From assembly GCA_965153285.1 (NCBI GenBank), contig OZ229115.1: DNA of 64,000 nucleotides, one strand, 5' to 3'. Both the position numbers and the translations under genes were made by a program. Each line of letters begins with the position of its first letter. Within the stretch, counting starts at the first letter, position 1. Under the pieces are notes generated by a model. The model had not been told where the DNA came from, ran no database searches, and saw nothing but the letters and a program-made list of their open reading frames with translations. The stretch comes from Podarcis tiliguerta (lineage: Eukaryota). Below are positions 1 to 13,025 of this stretch, one piece after another.

Positions 1-862
1 CCTTGCCAAGGCCACAAACAGAGCAGTATGGCGGGCTCAGAGGCTTCAGGCCACCCAATGCCTTCTACTCCCCAGCTAGCTACCCCTCCAGACATGATTT
101 CTCGCTTCTAATCAGAAGGTCACAACCATTTAAACCCCTTTGATTAGGGCTGGCGGCTCCTGCTCTTCTTGTATTGGCCCCACTGGCCTCTTTGTGCTCC
201 TGCCTCCGGATCAATTGTATGTATCAAGTTTAAAGTGGTTCCACCAAGGGCTCACGCACTTCAATTCCACTATACACCCCCCTTTCCCACCTTCCTCTCC
301 AGACAAACAAGGTGGAGGGCACGCGAATCGATAAGGCAGCACAGATCAGCTGCCAGGAAACCAATCGCAGATCAGATTGAAACTGACTTCTGCTTGTATC
401 TTACCAGCTCTCTCTACAATAGATTGGCTTGCAAAATCCGATGGAAAAGGAAGACAAAAGGGGGGGGGGGGGATCCGATAATACTCCTTGCCATGGCTGC
501 TCTAATCTGTGACAGCCTGAGGATTTGCTGAAAACCATTATCACATCACAGGCTCCCTCCTCTCCTCCTCAGATAAAACCCTGGCTAATCTGTTTGTTGC
601 AAGGACTGAACAAATGCATTTAGCGAAACAAGGAATGGGGATTCCCCACACCCACCTCAGGAAATGTGGGAATTGTGAGCAGGACCTGGTCAGGTTGAGA
701 AGCCTGTTGCAGGAAGAGACCCTAAGCAGAGACTGGTGGGAGGGAAGCAGAGCAGGTGTATTCTGCTTACCTCTACAAGGCAGTTTGGTTTGCCAGTAAA
801 TACAGGTGTTAACTGCTGTGAGATTTCTAAAAGTTTTGTCTGGTTCAGGGACACTAGTCACT

Positions 863-988
863 TAGGGGAAGCTTTTAATGTTTGATGGATTACTGTATTT
901 TAATGTTTTGCTGGAAACTGCCCAGAGTGGCTGGGGAAGCCCAGCCATATGGGCGGGGAATGAATGAATGAATGAATGAATGAATAAA
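863..988 (+). mobile_element. 3' end of an L2-type LINE with a (GAAT)n tail
   Basis: gcccagagtggctggggaagcccagccatatgggcgggg 3' stem-loop followed by (GAAT)7 aaa. Typical squamate L2-type terminus. Confidence 0.7.
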
Positions 989-1515
989 GTAATTGACTGT
1001 AATTCCTTGGCTTTGAGAATAATCCTTGATGATTTGCAGTGCTTGCATCACAGCACCCTGGGTTCTTCTTGAGCTCAGATTTTGACCTGAGCCTGGGAAG
1101 AATTCCTCCCTCCCAACCACCCAGCTCCTATTAAGACTGAGCAGGAAATTTCTTTCCCCTCTCCAGTGCCTGGATTGCTGTTTACAACAATGCCAGGATC
1201 CTTAGAATATGCAGTTTTCTCAGGGTAGACAGACACCTTGGAAAAATCTGCCTCAACAGCTGCTGTATCCCATTATCCCAGGCACGGCAGATTGGGGAAA
1301 GGAAAATACAACCCTCCCTCATACTGCCAAAGAGGTGGGGGAAGAGACATGCCACTACAGCAGTAACTATTGCCATGTAAAGAACCTGAGTGGCTACCTT
1401 AGAATGGCCACTGAAAAATAGGAGGATTAGTATACTTAATCTTCTTTGAGTTCCCTTAGTTAAACCTCTTTATGTTTCTGACTACCTGATTTGTATGTAT
1501 AGTTTGACATGGCAG

Positions 1516-1520
<5 letters not shown>

Positions 1521-1556
<36 letters not shown>
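1521..1556. repeat. (GT)18 microsatellite
   Basis: Direct reading. Confidence 0.95.
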
Positions 1557-1558
<2 letters not shown>

Positions 1559-2848
1559 TACACATGTTTGTTGAATGCCCTTTAGACAATGTTCCCAGTC
1601 CTTGAGCTCAAGTGTCAGTTCTTCTATGCACTCTGGGAACCAGACACCTAACTTATTTACTCATGTAAGTTGCAGGGCACTGGCTCAAACCATCCCTGGG
1701 ACCTCAATGCCAGTTTGGTATGGTGCTTCTTCTTCCCTCCTGCTGCCAGTTGGCTGCTACAGGCTCTTATTACCTGTACACAGAAAATGCGACAGGAACA
1801 AAGGGACTCTCGGATCTGTCGTTATTGAAAGGGCATGTCATGCAACAGAAGCACTCATGTCTCTTGCACTCTGCCTATAGGTCCATGTTTCTTCTACAAG
1901 TGTGTGCTGTGTGTGTGTGCATGTTGTGGAGGAGATGCCTGGCCTATAAGCTAATAATTCGGAATCCTGCCTGCTCTGTTCTAGCACTGCTTTGCCAGAG
2001 GCAATCTCACACAATCTCACAAGATTTAAGGTTTCCTCACTTGTTATCTGCAAAAAGCAGGCTCCATGCATTGAAGACACAGTAGGCTCTGCTGCTGTCC
2101 TTGTCCTGAACATCACACTGCTCCCCAGCTCCCACACCCCAGCCAAGCAATAGGTACATACTGTAAAAAGGCTTCCACAAGAACAGGATTCCAGACTGTA
2201 TACAAGTCACGCATGGTTTCTCTGGTGCATATGTCCACATTCAATGTGTGGACACCAGGGAGTAGGACTGCAGAGCCATGTGATATTGGAAGACAGGGCC
2301 AACAAAAGGCCTTGCTACCTCTTCAACAAGTGGAGTCCCCTTCATGCAGGTTAATGCATCAAGGAAGTTCTAGACATCACATATAGGTAAAACAGATAGA
2401 CAGAAGTAAGTTTGCATAGACATTCTCAAACACCATTAAGCCTCAGGTTTTTTCCTCATGGTGATAAGCTTACAGGGCGGGCTTCTTGGCCATCCCTCAT
2501 GCTCAAGCTCTTCTCACATAAACAAAAACAAACACACACTTACTTTGCTCAGTGTAGAGGACAAGGCTTCCACAGGTAGGTTTGAACTGAGATGACCTTT
2601 TTCATCATACAGATATACTGAACTATGTTCTTTCAACAGAGAGGATTCATATTAGGCTAGCAGTCCCATATATGTTGCCCCTGTACTTTATCATACAAAT
2701 GTTTGTGTGTTGTAGCCACATAGGAGGAGGAGGATCGGTCACGACTGAGCAAGAACAGCTACTTTCTCAGTGCTGAATGATTTCTAAGTTATTTGCAAAA
2801 CGTCAGCGTAGGGGCTGGTTTGGAAAGGGCAGACCAGGAACCGCATAC

Positions 2849-2952
2849 TTTTCCTGATATCCTCCAATGTGAGTGTGTGGTGTACGGGGAAGGCCATATC
2901 TGAGCTCCACAAAGCTACGCCCTCTGGTGTCTCTTCATGTCTGATTCTGTGG
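2849..2952 (-). other. ERI3: Candidate 104-nt alternative exon of ERI3 carrying a premature stop
   Basis: Minus strand: ctcctgttccctttctcctgtttcgtag|CCACAGAATCAGACATGAAGAGACACCAGAGGGCGTAG...GATATCAGGAAAA|gtatgc. Strong acceptor, moderate donor, CpG-retaining surroundings. In phase 1 it reads (A)TESDMKRHQRA*. Confidence 0.45.
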
Positions 2953-3730
2953 CTACGAAACAGGAGAAAGGGAACAGGAGCGTGCAGAGCTATCTTTCTC
3001 TCCGTGATCTCATGCCTTCAGGCAATCAGTTAACCCAAGCGCCATCTCCCCCTCCCTCCTCCATGTAAAATAATGCTCAACAAAGCTGGGTGGGCGCAGG
3101 GCGGCATTGCAGCAGTATGTCAAACAGAAGGACATTTTCCTTCTATCTCAGCTGCTGCCCCAGGGTACATTCCACCTACATTCAATCTTTACTCCACTAC
3201 ACATGTTTCCTCTCCAGCCTGGGATTATTTTTTATCATCAAATTACTGTAGCGATAAGATAGACTCGATGTGATAGCCAGCAGAGGCCCCCGACCTCATT
3301 GCCTTCCCCCAGCCCGGCATCACCCACCATGCCTGCACCGCAAACAGGCAGAGTGCTTTATTCAAATGTCATCAGGGGGTGAAGATACGCCCGTCGGCTG
3401 CCTTATTCACTGGCTGAGACCAAACAGCATATGACAGCAAACGCCTGGGAAAAGGAGGCGGCTGTTAGCAAGTTAGCTAGGTTTTGCCAAGGCCTTTGTG
3501 GGGCAGCAGGGAACTTTCACACACTCACACTTTTAGCACAAATGTAGCTGGAGCTGCAAAAATGATACAGGCAGAGGTGCAGGGCGACAGGAGGGACAAG
3601 CAGTTACTGTTTAAGGGCAATATTCAGTAAAGGCTAGATACCAACAGCCAGTTTGTTCCACCCATCTGTGCATTTCTATACTAACAATGCTAGCAACAGG
3701 GGACACTTGTGGCCTAGTCTTCTGCTAATA

Positions 3731-3954
3731 GCAGCCATCGCAGCATGGTGGCTAAGAGAGAGAGTCACAAATCAGGATACCCTTGGTTCAAATCTTGCCT
3801 CTGCCATGGTCTCACCAGATGGCCTCTGGCTAGCCACTCTCTCTTAGCCTCAGACCCCCCAACAATCTACAAAATGATAATACTGACAGACATTATACTG
3901 GGGCCGTTGTAAGGATTACTATTAGACAATACATGTGAAGTGCTTTGACAACAC
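3731..3954 (+). mobile_element. Old tRNA-derived CORE/MIR-like SINE
   Basis: A-box-like tggtggctaagag, B-box ggttcaaatct, core-like ctctctcttagcctcag...ctacaaaatg, and MIR/L2-type tail gttgtaaggatta...atgtgaagtgcttt. Confidence 0.65.
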
Positions 3955-4255
3955 GCTTGCTAAAGGCCAAACTAGATAGACATGAGGTTGATGGCATGAT
4001 TGAAATTAACATGTATTGTCTTAAAAAATAAAATAGTTGCCAATTGAGAGACCTGAGAGAGGGGGCCTGGTTACTCCCCCTCCCCATACTTTGGTCCTGA
4101 TGAAACTTCTCCTCGCCCCCACAAACCACTATTTACTCCAGGAGGGAAGTTTCATTTGCTGTCACTTGAAGCTTCCTTTTCAAGGCAAGCAACAGCTTAA
4201 AAAGCAAGGGGAGGATTTCAGTGAGATCAGAGTAGGGGGAAGGGTTAATCCTGAC

Positions 4256-4723
4256 TGTCAGGGGACTGCCATCCGAACAGGAGTGGGAGGCAGGGAGGCC
4301 GCTGGGATACAGAGAACCTCCAAAACTCCTGAGGAGCAGTTCTCTTCCAGCGGTGGGAAAAACCACATCTCCAGTGGAGAAGAGGGGGAAGGGGCCAGGC
4401 AAGCTCAAGGAAAGGGCTCAAGGATGCTGTGGAGAACCCCAGTGCCTCATCTAGCCAGGCTGGCCAGGAGGGAGGCATGCCCCTTCCGTCGCCCAGCTTG
4501 CGCAGAGGGGTGAAACGCAAGGAGGGGAGGAGGAGGCTTGGGGTGCTGAAGTTCTTCTGTTGGGGGAGAAACCGGAAGGGGCCACTCCCGGATTCTGCAA
4601 GTGACTGAGACGGACATGAACTTGGTAGATCTGCACTGTAAATAGTTTGCACAATAAAACCTGTAAAAGCCAGGTCAGAGTCCTGCCTGGTTACTCACGA
4701 GCAAACACCACCACCATCTGACA
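4256..4723 (+). mobile_element. Solo LTR (468 bp) of an LTR retrotransposon, probably Gypsy/BEL-like
   Basis: Begins TGTCAG and ends CTGACA (inverted termini). Exact 5-bp TSD CTGAC at 4251-4255 and 4724-4728. AATAAA at 4653-4658. GC-rich relative to flanks. Confidence 0.85.
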
Positions 4724-5032
4724 CTGACAGTTCCCATCCTGATTCTTTCCCTCAACCACATGGCTACTATTTCTGTTTTGTAAGACTAGGCATATTGATT
4801 GCAATCACTCTAGGAATGGCATGCCTAGTTTGGCCCCAATGGAACCCTAGCTCAAGTAAAGCTGGTTCCCATATAGAGACCAGATTTGTTACTCCCCTTT
4901 CAAGTGCATTATTTAACAAACTGTATGCCCAGCTTGACACCTTTAGTGTCTACTTTTCACCTTAGATGGCTAGAAATGTAGCAGCTGGTTGGAGCCAAAC
5001 AAAGTGTAAAGAAGAGACACACATTCTTAAAA

Positions 5033-5033
<1 letters not shown>

Positions 5034-5064
<31 letters not shown>
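5034..5064. repeat. (TG)n microsatellite
   Basis: Direct reading. Confidence 0.95.
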
Positions 5065-5065
<1 letters not shown>

Positions 5066-5589
5066 AGACTCCTGAGCAAACAATAGCTCCCTATCACAGT
5101 TTCACATGTGCTTAAGGAAGCATTTGTGCCTTTCACACTTCATGCCTGTGCTACACAGGAAATACTATGTCCTTACAGCAAATGCAACTGCCATATAAAG
5201 TGTGGAACGTCTCATACAAGGATCTCAGAAAGCTTAAGAAATAGACTAGAAGAAACCCCTCTAAATGCTTACACAATGGGTTGGGGGGGGGGAATAACAA
5301 GGAATTGTTGCTGTCTCGCATCATTCAGAGCATCCCAGCACTGGGCCAATTTGTGTCATGCAAAAACATCATAGGAAATGGTGCCCCACCTGCTGTTTTC
5401 AGTCTCACCAGAAGTCTCACTATTCATCCTTGACTGAGCAACCCAAGAGGCTCAAGTAAGGCAAATGACAAGTAGGGGATCCAAAACAGATGGAAGGATC
5501 CACCTGTGCTTGCAAAGCCAAGGAAACTCAGTCAGGCCTTTGTGATGAATCTCCTCTGCTTCTTGTTTACTCCAACCCCTTCTCTGAAC

Positions 5590-5850
5590 AACTGCCTGCC
5601 CAGCTGCATGTCAGGGCACTCCCTCTAATCCCTATTAATTTAAGCAATGCTAGGCTGCTGCTCGCCCCAAACTCTTTATTATTTATCAGGTTTGTTTATT
5701 TGTAGCTAACAGGTAGTGCTCAGCGTGGGCCCCCAGGACAGAGACAGGGGCCGTTAATCATATTGGCTCCCCCGCCATCCGCCATCCGTCAATTACTCCT
5801 GCTTCCTTTAATTAGTAATGAGGACTAATATCCCTGCCTCGCACACAGGC
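5590..5850. promoter_or_regulatory. Candidate conserved non-coding element / enhancer
   Basis: TE-free, retains CpGs, and has many homeodomain cores (ctaatccctattaatttaag, gttaatcat, tcaattac, ttaattagtaatg) plus a forkhead-like tgtttatt. Conservation is inferred, not measured. Confidence 0.4.
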
Positions 5851-8259
5851 TGGAGTGGAACTCCCCTCCAGGGGAAGGAGAGAGTGAGGGCCAGGGGAGG
5901 ATTCGAAATAAATAAGGGAAATGGGGCTCCTCTTTCTCAAGCAGCCACTAAGCCCCAGGCTCCTGTCACTCCTGGAGAAACAAGCAGCCCCCAAGGCCCT
6001 TATTTATCACCCACTTGAGAGTGCCTACTGCAAAAGGCAAGCAGGAATTATTTTTCCAAGCAGCAGACCCCTCTCCAGTTGATGCAGAGTGAGGAACAAG
6101 ACAAGCAGCCTTAGTCACAGAGGTATGCAAAGAAGATCAGCAGGCCAAGGTTCTGCTCACACACAGAGGGCTTTCAAAATGAACCTGAGGGCAAGAAAGC
6201 TGGATGGGGCCCAAGCTCTGAAATGTTGGCCATCCAGAACTATAGTCCTAGAAAGCAAATACATTTTCTGGTGCCCCTCAATTCTGACCCAAATCTCTCT
6301 CTGTGTGTGTGTGTTTCACCAGTAAGCCTCACTCTAATTCATCCCAGACCCAGCCTCTGTGTCCAGTCTTTTAGTTGCCCACCAGTTCTAATTCCATGAA
6401 TCCCTTGCAAGTCCAACCACACTCCTTGCTCAAAATTTAAATGCCCCACAGTTCTGATTCATGCTTCCAGCCCCAAATTATCTTCTTCACAGTTTAGATT
6501 AGCTATAATTTCCATGCACAACCTGCTATCCAATACAAACATCAGAGAAAAGTGCCTGAGCACCCCTAGCCTTGAAGCCCAAGCAAGGAGTGCCCCAGAG
6601 TAAAAGGAGGAATGAATTTTACAGGTCTATTTTTCTGACTCCCTCCTTACAAGATCGCATTAGACATTTCCTCTTATTGGCATGGAATGGTATCCTCCTA
6701 TATGTTTCCTTTCTGAAGAATCCAAGTCTAGACAGAATAACATTGGAGGAGGGGAGAGAGGAGTGACTGAGAAAGTCCAACACTAGATTAGAGATTGAAA
6801 CTATTTACAGAACAGCTGCCACATCCAATTGTTCTTCCTGTGAGCTCCCAAAAGGTAGTGGAGGAAGAAAGTTAAGTCAAATGGTCATTAAAGCTGGCTG
6901 TTGTGGGGAGTCTTGTGTGTGAGTAGGTTTACCCAATGCCTCAGGCAGCATAGGATACAAATTATGCCCTTGTGATTTATTGACTGGGGAAGTTTTTACA
7001 CTGCAGCCCATTAAAACAGATGGCTCTGTTTACAGCTTGGGCTTCATGCCGTAGAAACCTACACTGACTGGATGTTAAGCTTATGATGACTCTGCAGGTG
7101 GACATCTCATTAAACATATCTGTATGCACTGTGCTCAAGATCCAAGCTTCATGAGCCCTTAGGGAGGTTTTTAATGAGTTTAATAAGTGAGATAGGTTAT
7201 CAACTGTTCAGGCCTCTTGGCTCAATGGATCTGTAGGAGAACATACATAAAACTCTACAAATCAGAGCTATGTAGTGGTAGCTGTTACCACTTGAACACT
7301 AAGGTAGGGTCAACAATGGCCAGACCAGGCCCATTTTTTCCCTCCAAATTTCAAGGGATTAAGGAGCCTATGTGACTACTTTCTCAATTTTTCAAATTCT
7401 TCTCACACTTGAAGGGCTCTAGGTTTGGCATGGAGACTACTGTGGTTTCTCCAGAGTAAAAAATCTGAAAGAACGTTGCTTGTGCCATAAGGCAGTTGGG
7501 GGTCAGAGGTTTGACTGCCAGGAGAGTGGAGAGTGCTTCTCCTAACTCGGAAGCTGCAGGGCTAGTCTGGTCTGAGGCTGCCCAAGGATGAGGGAATATC
7601 CACGCTTCCAGACCCTCAGGATTTTACAGTGCCTTGGATCCAGAGATCCCATTCAAACATGTGGTCAATTACCCAACACCCATATCTACAGTTGCCTGAA
7701 CTTGTTGAAAAGCTACTGTGGTGGCTAACCCATTAAATCACTTTTCATGGAGGGCTGCAGCTACTCTGTGGTGGTAACTGATGGAGGCAATGTGTGTGCG
7801 TGGGAGAGCACAGTATCAATGCAAAAGTTCCTGCTGCCATGCAGCTCCACTAGGTACCACTGCTGTTGCTGCCACTACCTGAGGGTGAAACAAATGCTCC
7901 CTTCTCTGATCGCAGAACCAGGCCCCATGTGGGGAGAAAATAGTTGGGAGGGAGTATGCTGGAAAGCAGAGCAGAGAAGTGCAGGTGGGAGCTCTCAAGA
8001 TGGTAAAACAAACTTTTCTTAATTAATGCAAACTTTCTAGTCCAACATATTTATGAAACCCACTTTGCATGGTAATGTTGACAACTGTACAAATCCTTCT
8101 GGGCATGGAATAAACTACTTGTGTAGACCACGATAGCCAGCTATTCCCCTCCAAATTGTCTGGGTGGAAGTATGGGATGGGAAGGAAGAAACAGGCAGAG
8201 TTGGCATTTTCACCACTAATTCTCTCCTAAACAGGCTGCATCTCTCAGAAATGAAATTT

Positions 8260-8760
8260 TGTAGGCGATTAGCTCACAATGTGAACTTAATCGCTTTGGG
8301 TATTTAAAAAGCCCCATTAAATTAAATGGCCAAGATATTGAGGTTTAAGCAGTGGCTGCGTCCAATGCACAGTAACTCCCAAGCTCATTACCAGCATTGC
8401 CAATTTTGCAGTTGGAATTACAGACCCATGAGAGGCTGAGCTATTTAATGCCCATTCACAGAACACAGCACAACAGAGCTTTTTTTGGGGGGTGAAATGG
8501 CTGCAATAACACAAAGCTTGTGGCAAAAAGGGCTAATGTGACATTCATGTGTAAATAGGGATGAATTGAACATGCCATGGGGGGGGGGGGAGAGATAGCT
8601 ACCAGATACCACACACAAATCAGAGTTCCAAAACCAGGGTGAAAAGGAAAAATAAAGTGGCAGCGGCACAAATGCCATTTTGGCAACATATATATGGAAT
8701 GGGAAGTTGATACACATGGCAGCTTAGTGATCAGTCTAAACATAGTGAAAGAATACTGTT
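8260..8760. promoter_or_regulatory. Candidate conserved non-coding element
   Basis: TE-free block with clustered TAAT/ATTA cores (gattagc, ttaatcgc, cattaaattaaatgg, tttaatg, gctaatg). Inference only. Confidence 0.35.
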
Positions 8761-9819
8761 GTGCATGTTATGAATATGTTTGCTGTCTGTCCACTAGTGC
8801 CTATCCATTAGGAAGGGATGGGGATACTCCCACTTCCCAAATCAAAGAAATTCAAGTTTGCAACTAACTTTTAATATTCACACAATATGTTCCTTGAGGC
8901 CAAGAAATAACCAAACACAAGACACATTTGTGATCTTGCATGTTGACAACTGTACAAATGTACTGTGTAGGACACTGTAGGACACAGCAGCAGCGAGGCC
9001 CACGGGAGAGCTGGCACAAAACCAAACAGATTGTTGTTTAATTCCAGCTTTGAGGAAGAAATAGTTGGAATGACTGAAGAGGCTGGGCTCTGCTTTACAT
9101 TCCTCTCTGTAACACTATTGAGCTGTAAGTGATTGCAATTTTACCTGACATTGTTCATTTAAATTATTTACACTCCTCAAGTGTAGATATGCAACTTTTC
9201 TTGGAATGCCTTGCGAGGGGAGACTGGGACAACAGCTTTAAAATTACTTGCATCTATCACTCAATCGCACACACCACTCTGGACTTAATGACATCATTTC
9301 TGCAGTCACAAATCTGTCACTGATTTTGGTTTAAAGCCAACAGGATTCCCTGTCTGAGAGCTGAAATTACCAGGCTTCTCAATGATGGAAGAACCTCATC
9401 ACTCAAACTACACTCTTCCTGCAAGTTGTGAAAAGCGTGGTTTCCTCTCTCTCTTCAGGCATGAAACATGTTGTATTGTAAATGCTATGGAATACAGAAT
9501 GGACAAATGAAGCAACCCAATCCCTCATTCTAATTCTATACTGAGTATAGCCAATATTTGCCAGAGGATGGGGTCAAGTAAGGAATAAGACAAGACAGGA
9601 GAATCCAGAAATCAACATGGCTTATTATCCTTTAAAGAAGCTCAGATTCCCATACTGCCTCCCCCCCAACATTAACATAGGAATTAATTCCAGCAGGTCA
9701 GTGGCCAGGGAGAGGGAGAGAAAATCTACACTATTAACCTTCTGTGGCTGCCCATACCAAAAGAGCAACTGCATCAAATAATTTGCATGAGCTTCTCTGT
9801 GCATAAGGTTAGCTTTAGA

Positions 9820-10135
9820 GGCCCAGCTCCTTGTCCATCTTTACTGAATATTGGATTGATGAGTACTACAGACAGTGCTTTTTCAGTGGTGGTACCACAG
9901 ATATTCTCTGCCTGGGAACAATCACCCTCTCTTTACATTCATGAAATAGGCCTTTTATTATTATTATTCTGGCAGGCATTTTCTATTTGATCTTTGCAGT
10001 TCTGAGAAAAGAATGGTTTTAAGCTCAATGGTTTTATTGTGGTATTTTTAGTCTCATTTTATTATTTCCGATAGTTTATCTTTTTATACTGAAAGCAACT
10101 TTGATTAAAACGGTGAAAAGCTGAACAGAAATAAC
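9820..10135 (+). mobile_element. Degraded L2 LINE 3' fragment
   Basis: gctttttcagtggtggtaccac (AFSVVVP, an L2 ORF2 C-terminal motif) followed by a T-rich 3'UTR and a terminal remnant. Confidence 0.45.
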
Positions 10136-12375
10136 TTTACATACATGCAAACTAATGAGCCACCAAACCCTTTTGGAAAGCCGAAGCAATGAGTGCAGTG
10201 CTGCTACAATTAACTCAAGCAGTCACGAATCTTTGCTTCTGCCATTGATTTCGATTCAACTCCAATTTTATGCTTTGACCTTCTCCCCACAGCCCTTGCT
10301 CCCAAACCAACAAACAAATCTTATGCAGTTTTCTGTCTGAGAACAACTATAAGAAATCCCAGTGAACAATAAGAGCACCTAGGGAGAAGAGCACCCCTCT
10401 GGCTTTGGTTTGTTTTAAACCCTCAGGTTTCTGCGTAGAAGCCTCTTGGCTGAGTGGTGATGCAAAATGAATATTGTGAGCTCCAGGATAGCTTCCTCTG
10501 CTGCCAGGAAGATATTATTCTGATGAAAGTAATATACAATTCAACTTTAGCAGAGAAATAGCCCCTAACAGAATTTGTATCTACAAAAGCTCATGCAAGT
10601 TATGGTTTCAAATGATGATCCAAGAAGGAAGATGAAAAGGCAAAACAGTCTATTTGTCTAACCACAGACTTCTTCACTGCTGATCCTTGGCCAAACAAGT
10701 GGATCAGATTGATTCCAAAATGCAGCCCGATGCACAGAAGCCTTTTTCTTCAACTGCCAGAAAATGGTTAGCAATGGCAGGCCATTTAAAGTAAACGCAG
10801 GGTCTCTTCCAACAAGCCTGACTGATTCAAGATTGGCAAGAGGTGCCTGTGTGCCCAAGCATAACCAATCAGGGTTCAGGACAGGGCTGGCCTTCACTGT
10901 ACCATTTTCCAGATGTAAAGCAAAGGGGCGTTCCTAATGGTTTATAATTGTGTTGGAAAGATTTTGCTTGTCCCTTGAGTGGGAAAGGTCATGAACCATA
11001 GCTACTGCCCAACTGCTAAGTAATGGTTGTTTTTAATCTAAATTGTACAGATAACAAAGCTGGATTCCATCCAAGACTGTTCATTACTATTCCATTCATC
11101 ATGTGACAACCAATGCTGCAATATCTGCCAGGAAGGGGAAGAAAAATAATAGCAGTGTTGTGGGGCTGCTGTCAAACACAACCAGCCTAAGCAACAGGTA
11201 TGAGTGCCTGAGGAATGGGAGAAGGGCATTGGAGGTTAGCTTCCTGTTAACATACTGAAACATGAAATCAAAATTTCAGTTCATAGTCAAAGGGCAGGCA
11301 TATAGTCCAAATAAAAGCAGGTAGTACTGGGTCCTGATCAAACTATGTAGTACTATTCTCTGGAGTCCATTCACTCTCCACAATACATGCATTGTGACAG
11401 ATCCACCAAACTTAGGAGAGGTCTAAGAGTTGAAATTTTCTACGTCAGTCCTCAATGCTCTGTGCTGAATAGCATGCCCAGCAATGGTGCCTGCCAGTCC
11501 CCTCCTTTCTTCTTTCCCACTGCTTAATGGAATATGAACCAATAATTTAGAAGGAGTTACACCATCAGGGTGTAATGCACTAATGGGTAAGAGAACAGAT
11601 TAGGGCACCACTTATGTTACATCCCCATCGAGGTGGAGCAATGGGTTGGATCTCCTGGAATAATATTACAAGAGGCAGAGATGGAAGGCCTTCACCCCGC
11701 AGAGTTTTGTTTCTGTTCAACAGCAATTTACCATGTGAAGGGACTGGATATTTATAATTATGCTCAGAGTGGCCACTTTGAAAAATCTATATGTCTCTAG
11801 GCTCTGCGTACATCACCATGTCAGCTCTCTGAACAGAGGCATCCATCAGCTACCACGCATCACAGATCTTGGAGAGCACTTGAGAAATGCTTAGTGAGGC
11901 CTGTGTCCAACCATCCTGGCTGAGAAGGCATTCTGGTCCAAAGCAGCCACCTTAGCCTGGGCCAATAAAGTAGGGCATTGCAGCCACACCACCACCAAAG
12001 AATAAGACTCAGTAACTGGAGCCTGGGTTTTGTCCAGAAAGTGATGTCAGCATCACAGGATTTTAGTCTTAGCATCTGTGAAGTTAGCAGAATCTTGTTT
12101 TGTGCTTTCTCCAATCATACTAGGTATACTGGCAGAAATATGGAGTCAAGATGTACAATGATGGAGGGGGAAATCACTCTAACTGACAAAGATGAGATAC
12201 AGAAACTCATGTCCACATCTATTTATCCATCCATCGAGAGGCAAAAGCAGGTGCAAGGGGACTTTTGGATGACATCACACTGGCAGGATCCTTCCAAATA
12301 CTTTTCATAATTCCGTCTCCCCCAAGCAACTCTCATCGTAAAGGTGAAGACATCAAGGTCCAATGGAACTTCTTG

Positions 12376-12530
12376 AGAACGTAAGAATCGTCCTGCTGGC
12401 TCAGTCTAGAGGCCCATCTTGTCCAACCTGTTATCACAGTGGTCAGCCAGCTGCCTTGGGGAAGCTTGCAAGCAGAACATCAGTGCAACAGCACTGTTGA
12501 TGGCACTCAAAGAACAACGACCTCCATCCC
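12376..12530 (-). mobile_element. CR1 3'-UTR/terminus fragment
   Basis: gaacgtaagaatcgtcctgctggctcagtctagaggcccatc...cacagtggtcagccag, the reverse of the common lizard CR1 tail. Confidence 0.55.
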
Positions 12531-12669
12531 TTTTATTTAAATCATGTGTTTTTCCCAGGATGTGGGTGGATATGCTCTAACTAACCTGCCACACTTCTGC
12601 GAAGAGTGAAGAAGAGCTGTTATCAGGCACAGAGAGGGCTGGAAGCGGACGCACCATGCTTCCTTCCCT

Positions 12670-13025
12670 AACACTCTGCCCAGGCTGTTCTTAAAAATTT
12701 ATTACTCTGTTGCAACATGAAAAATAAGACAGAGAAGCAATCATTAGTATAACTATAACTCCCCGTGCAATAGTCACACTTGTAAATTGAGATTTATGAT
12801 TGCAGCTGCCGATATTTTAGAGCAGGGTGCCTGCGCCGGCATCAGCAAAGCCCCGCTGCTCGCTGCCCCGGCGCTGTTACAGTTTATCACAATCTGCAGA
12901 GATTATTGCAATGAATAATACAGAACAGGCTGGCAGTGAAGAACTATTCCCGATCAAACGCTTCTGTAAACAACTGAATAAATAATATTTCTCATCCCCT
13001 CTTTGAAGCCCTTGCGGGCCTGGGG
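12670..13025. promoter_or_regulatory. Candidate conserved non-coding element / enhancer
   Basis: CpG-rich core (cctgcgccggc...ccccgctgctcgctgccccggcgctg) inside AT-rich motif-dense flanks (Pbx/Hox-like gatttatga, tcattag, forkhead tgtaaaca, TCF-like ctttgaa). No TE signature. Confidence 0.45.

Noticed and set aside
769-828. Possible minus-strand exon with GAG|gtaagc donor
   Set aside because: Acceptor lacks a pyrimidine tract; no other support.
4037-4654. Long overlapping ORFs (158 aa and 135 aa)
   Set aside because: They lie mostly within the GC-rich solo LTR, with no recognisable domain or splice structure.
11780-12240. Possible very old L2 RT remnant on the minus strand
   Set aside because: Only faint similarity; not supportable without an alignment.
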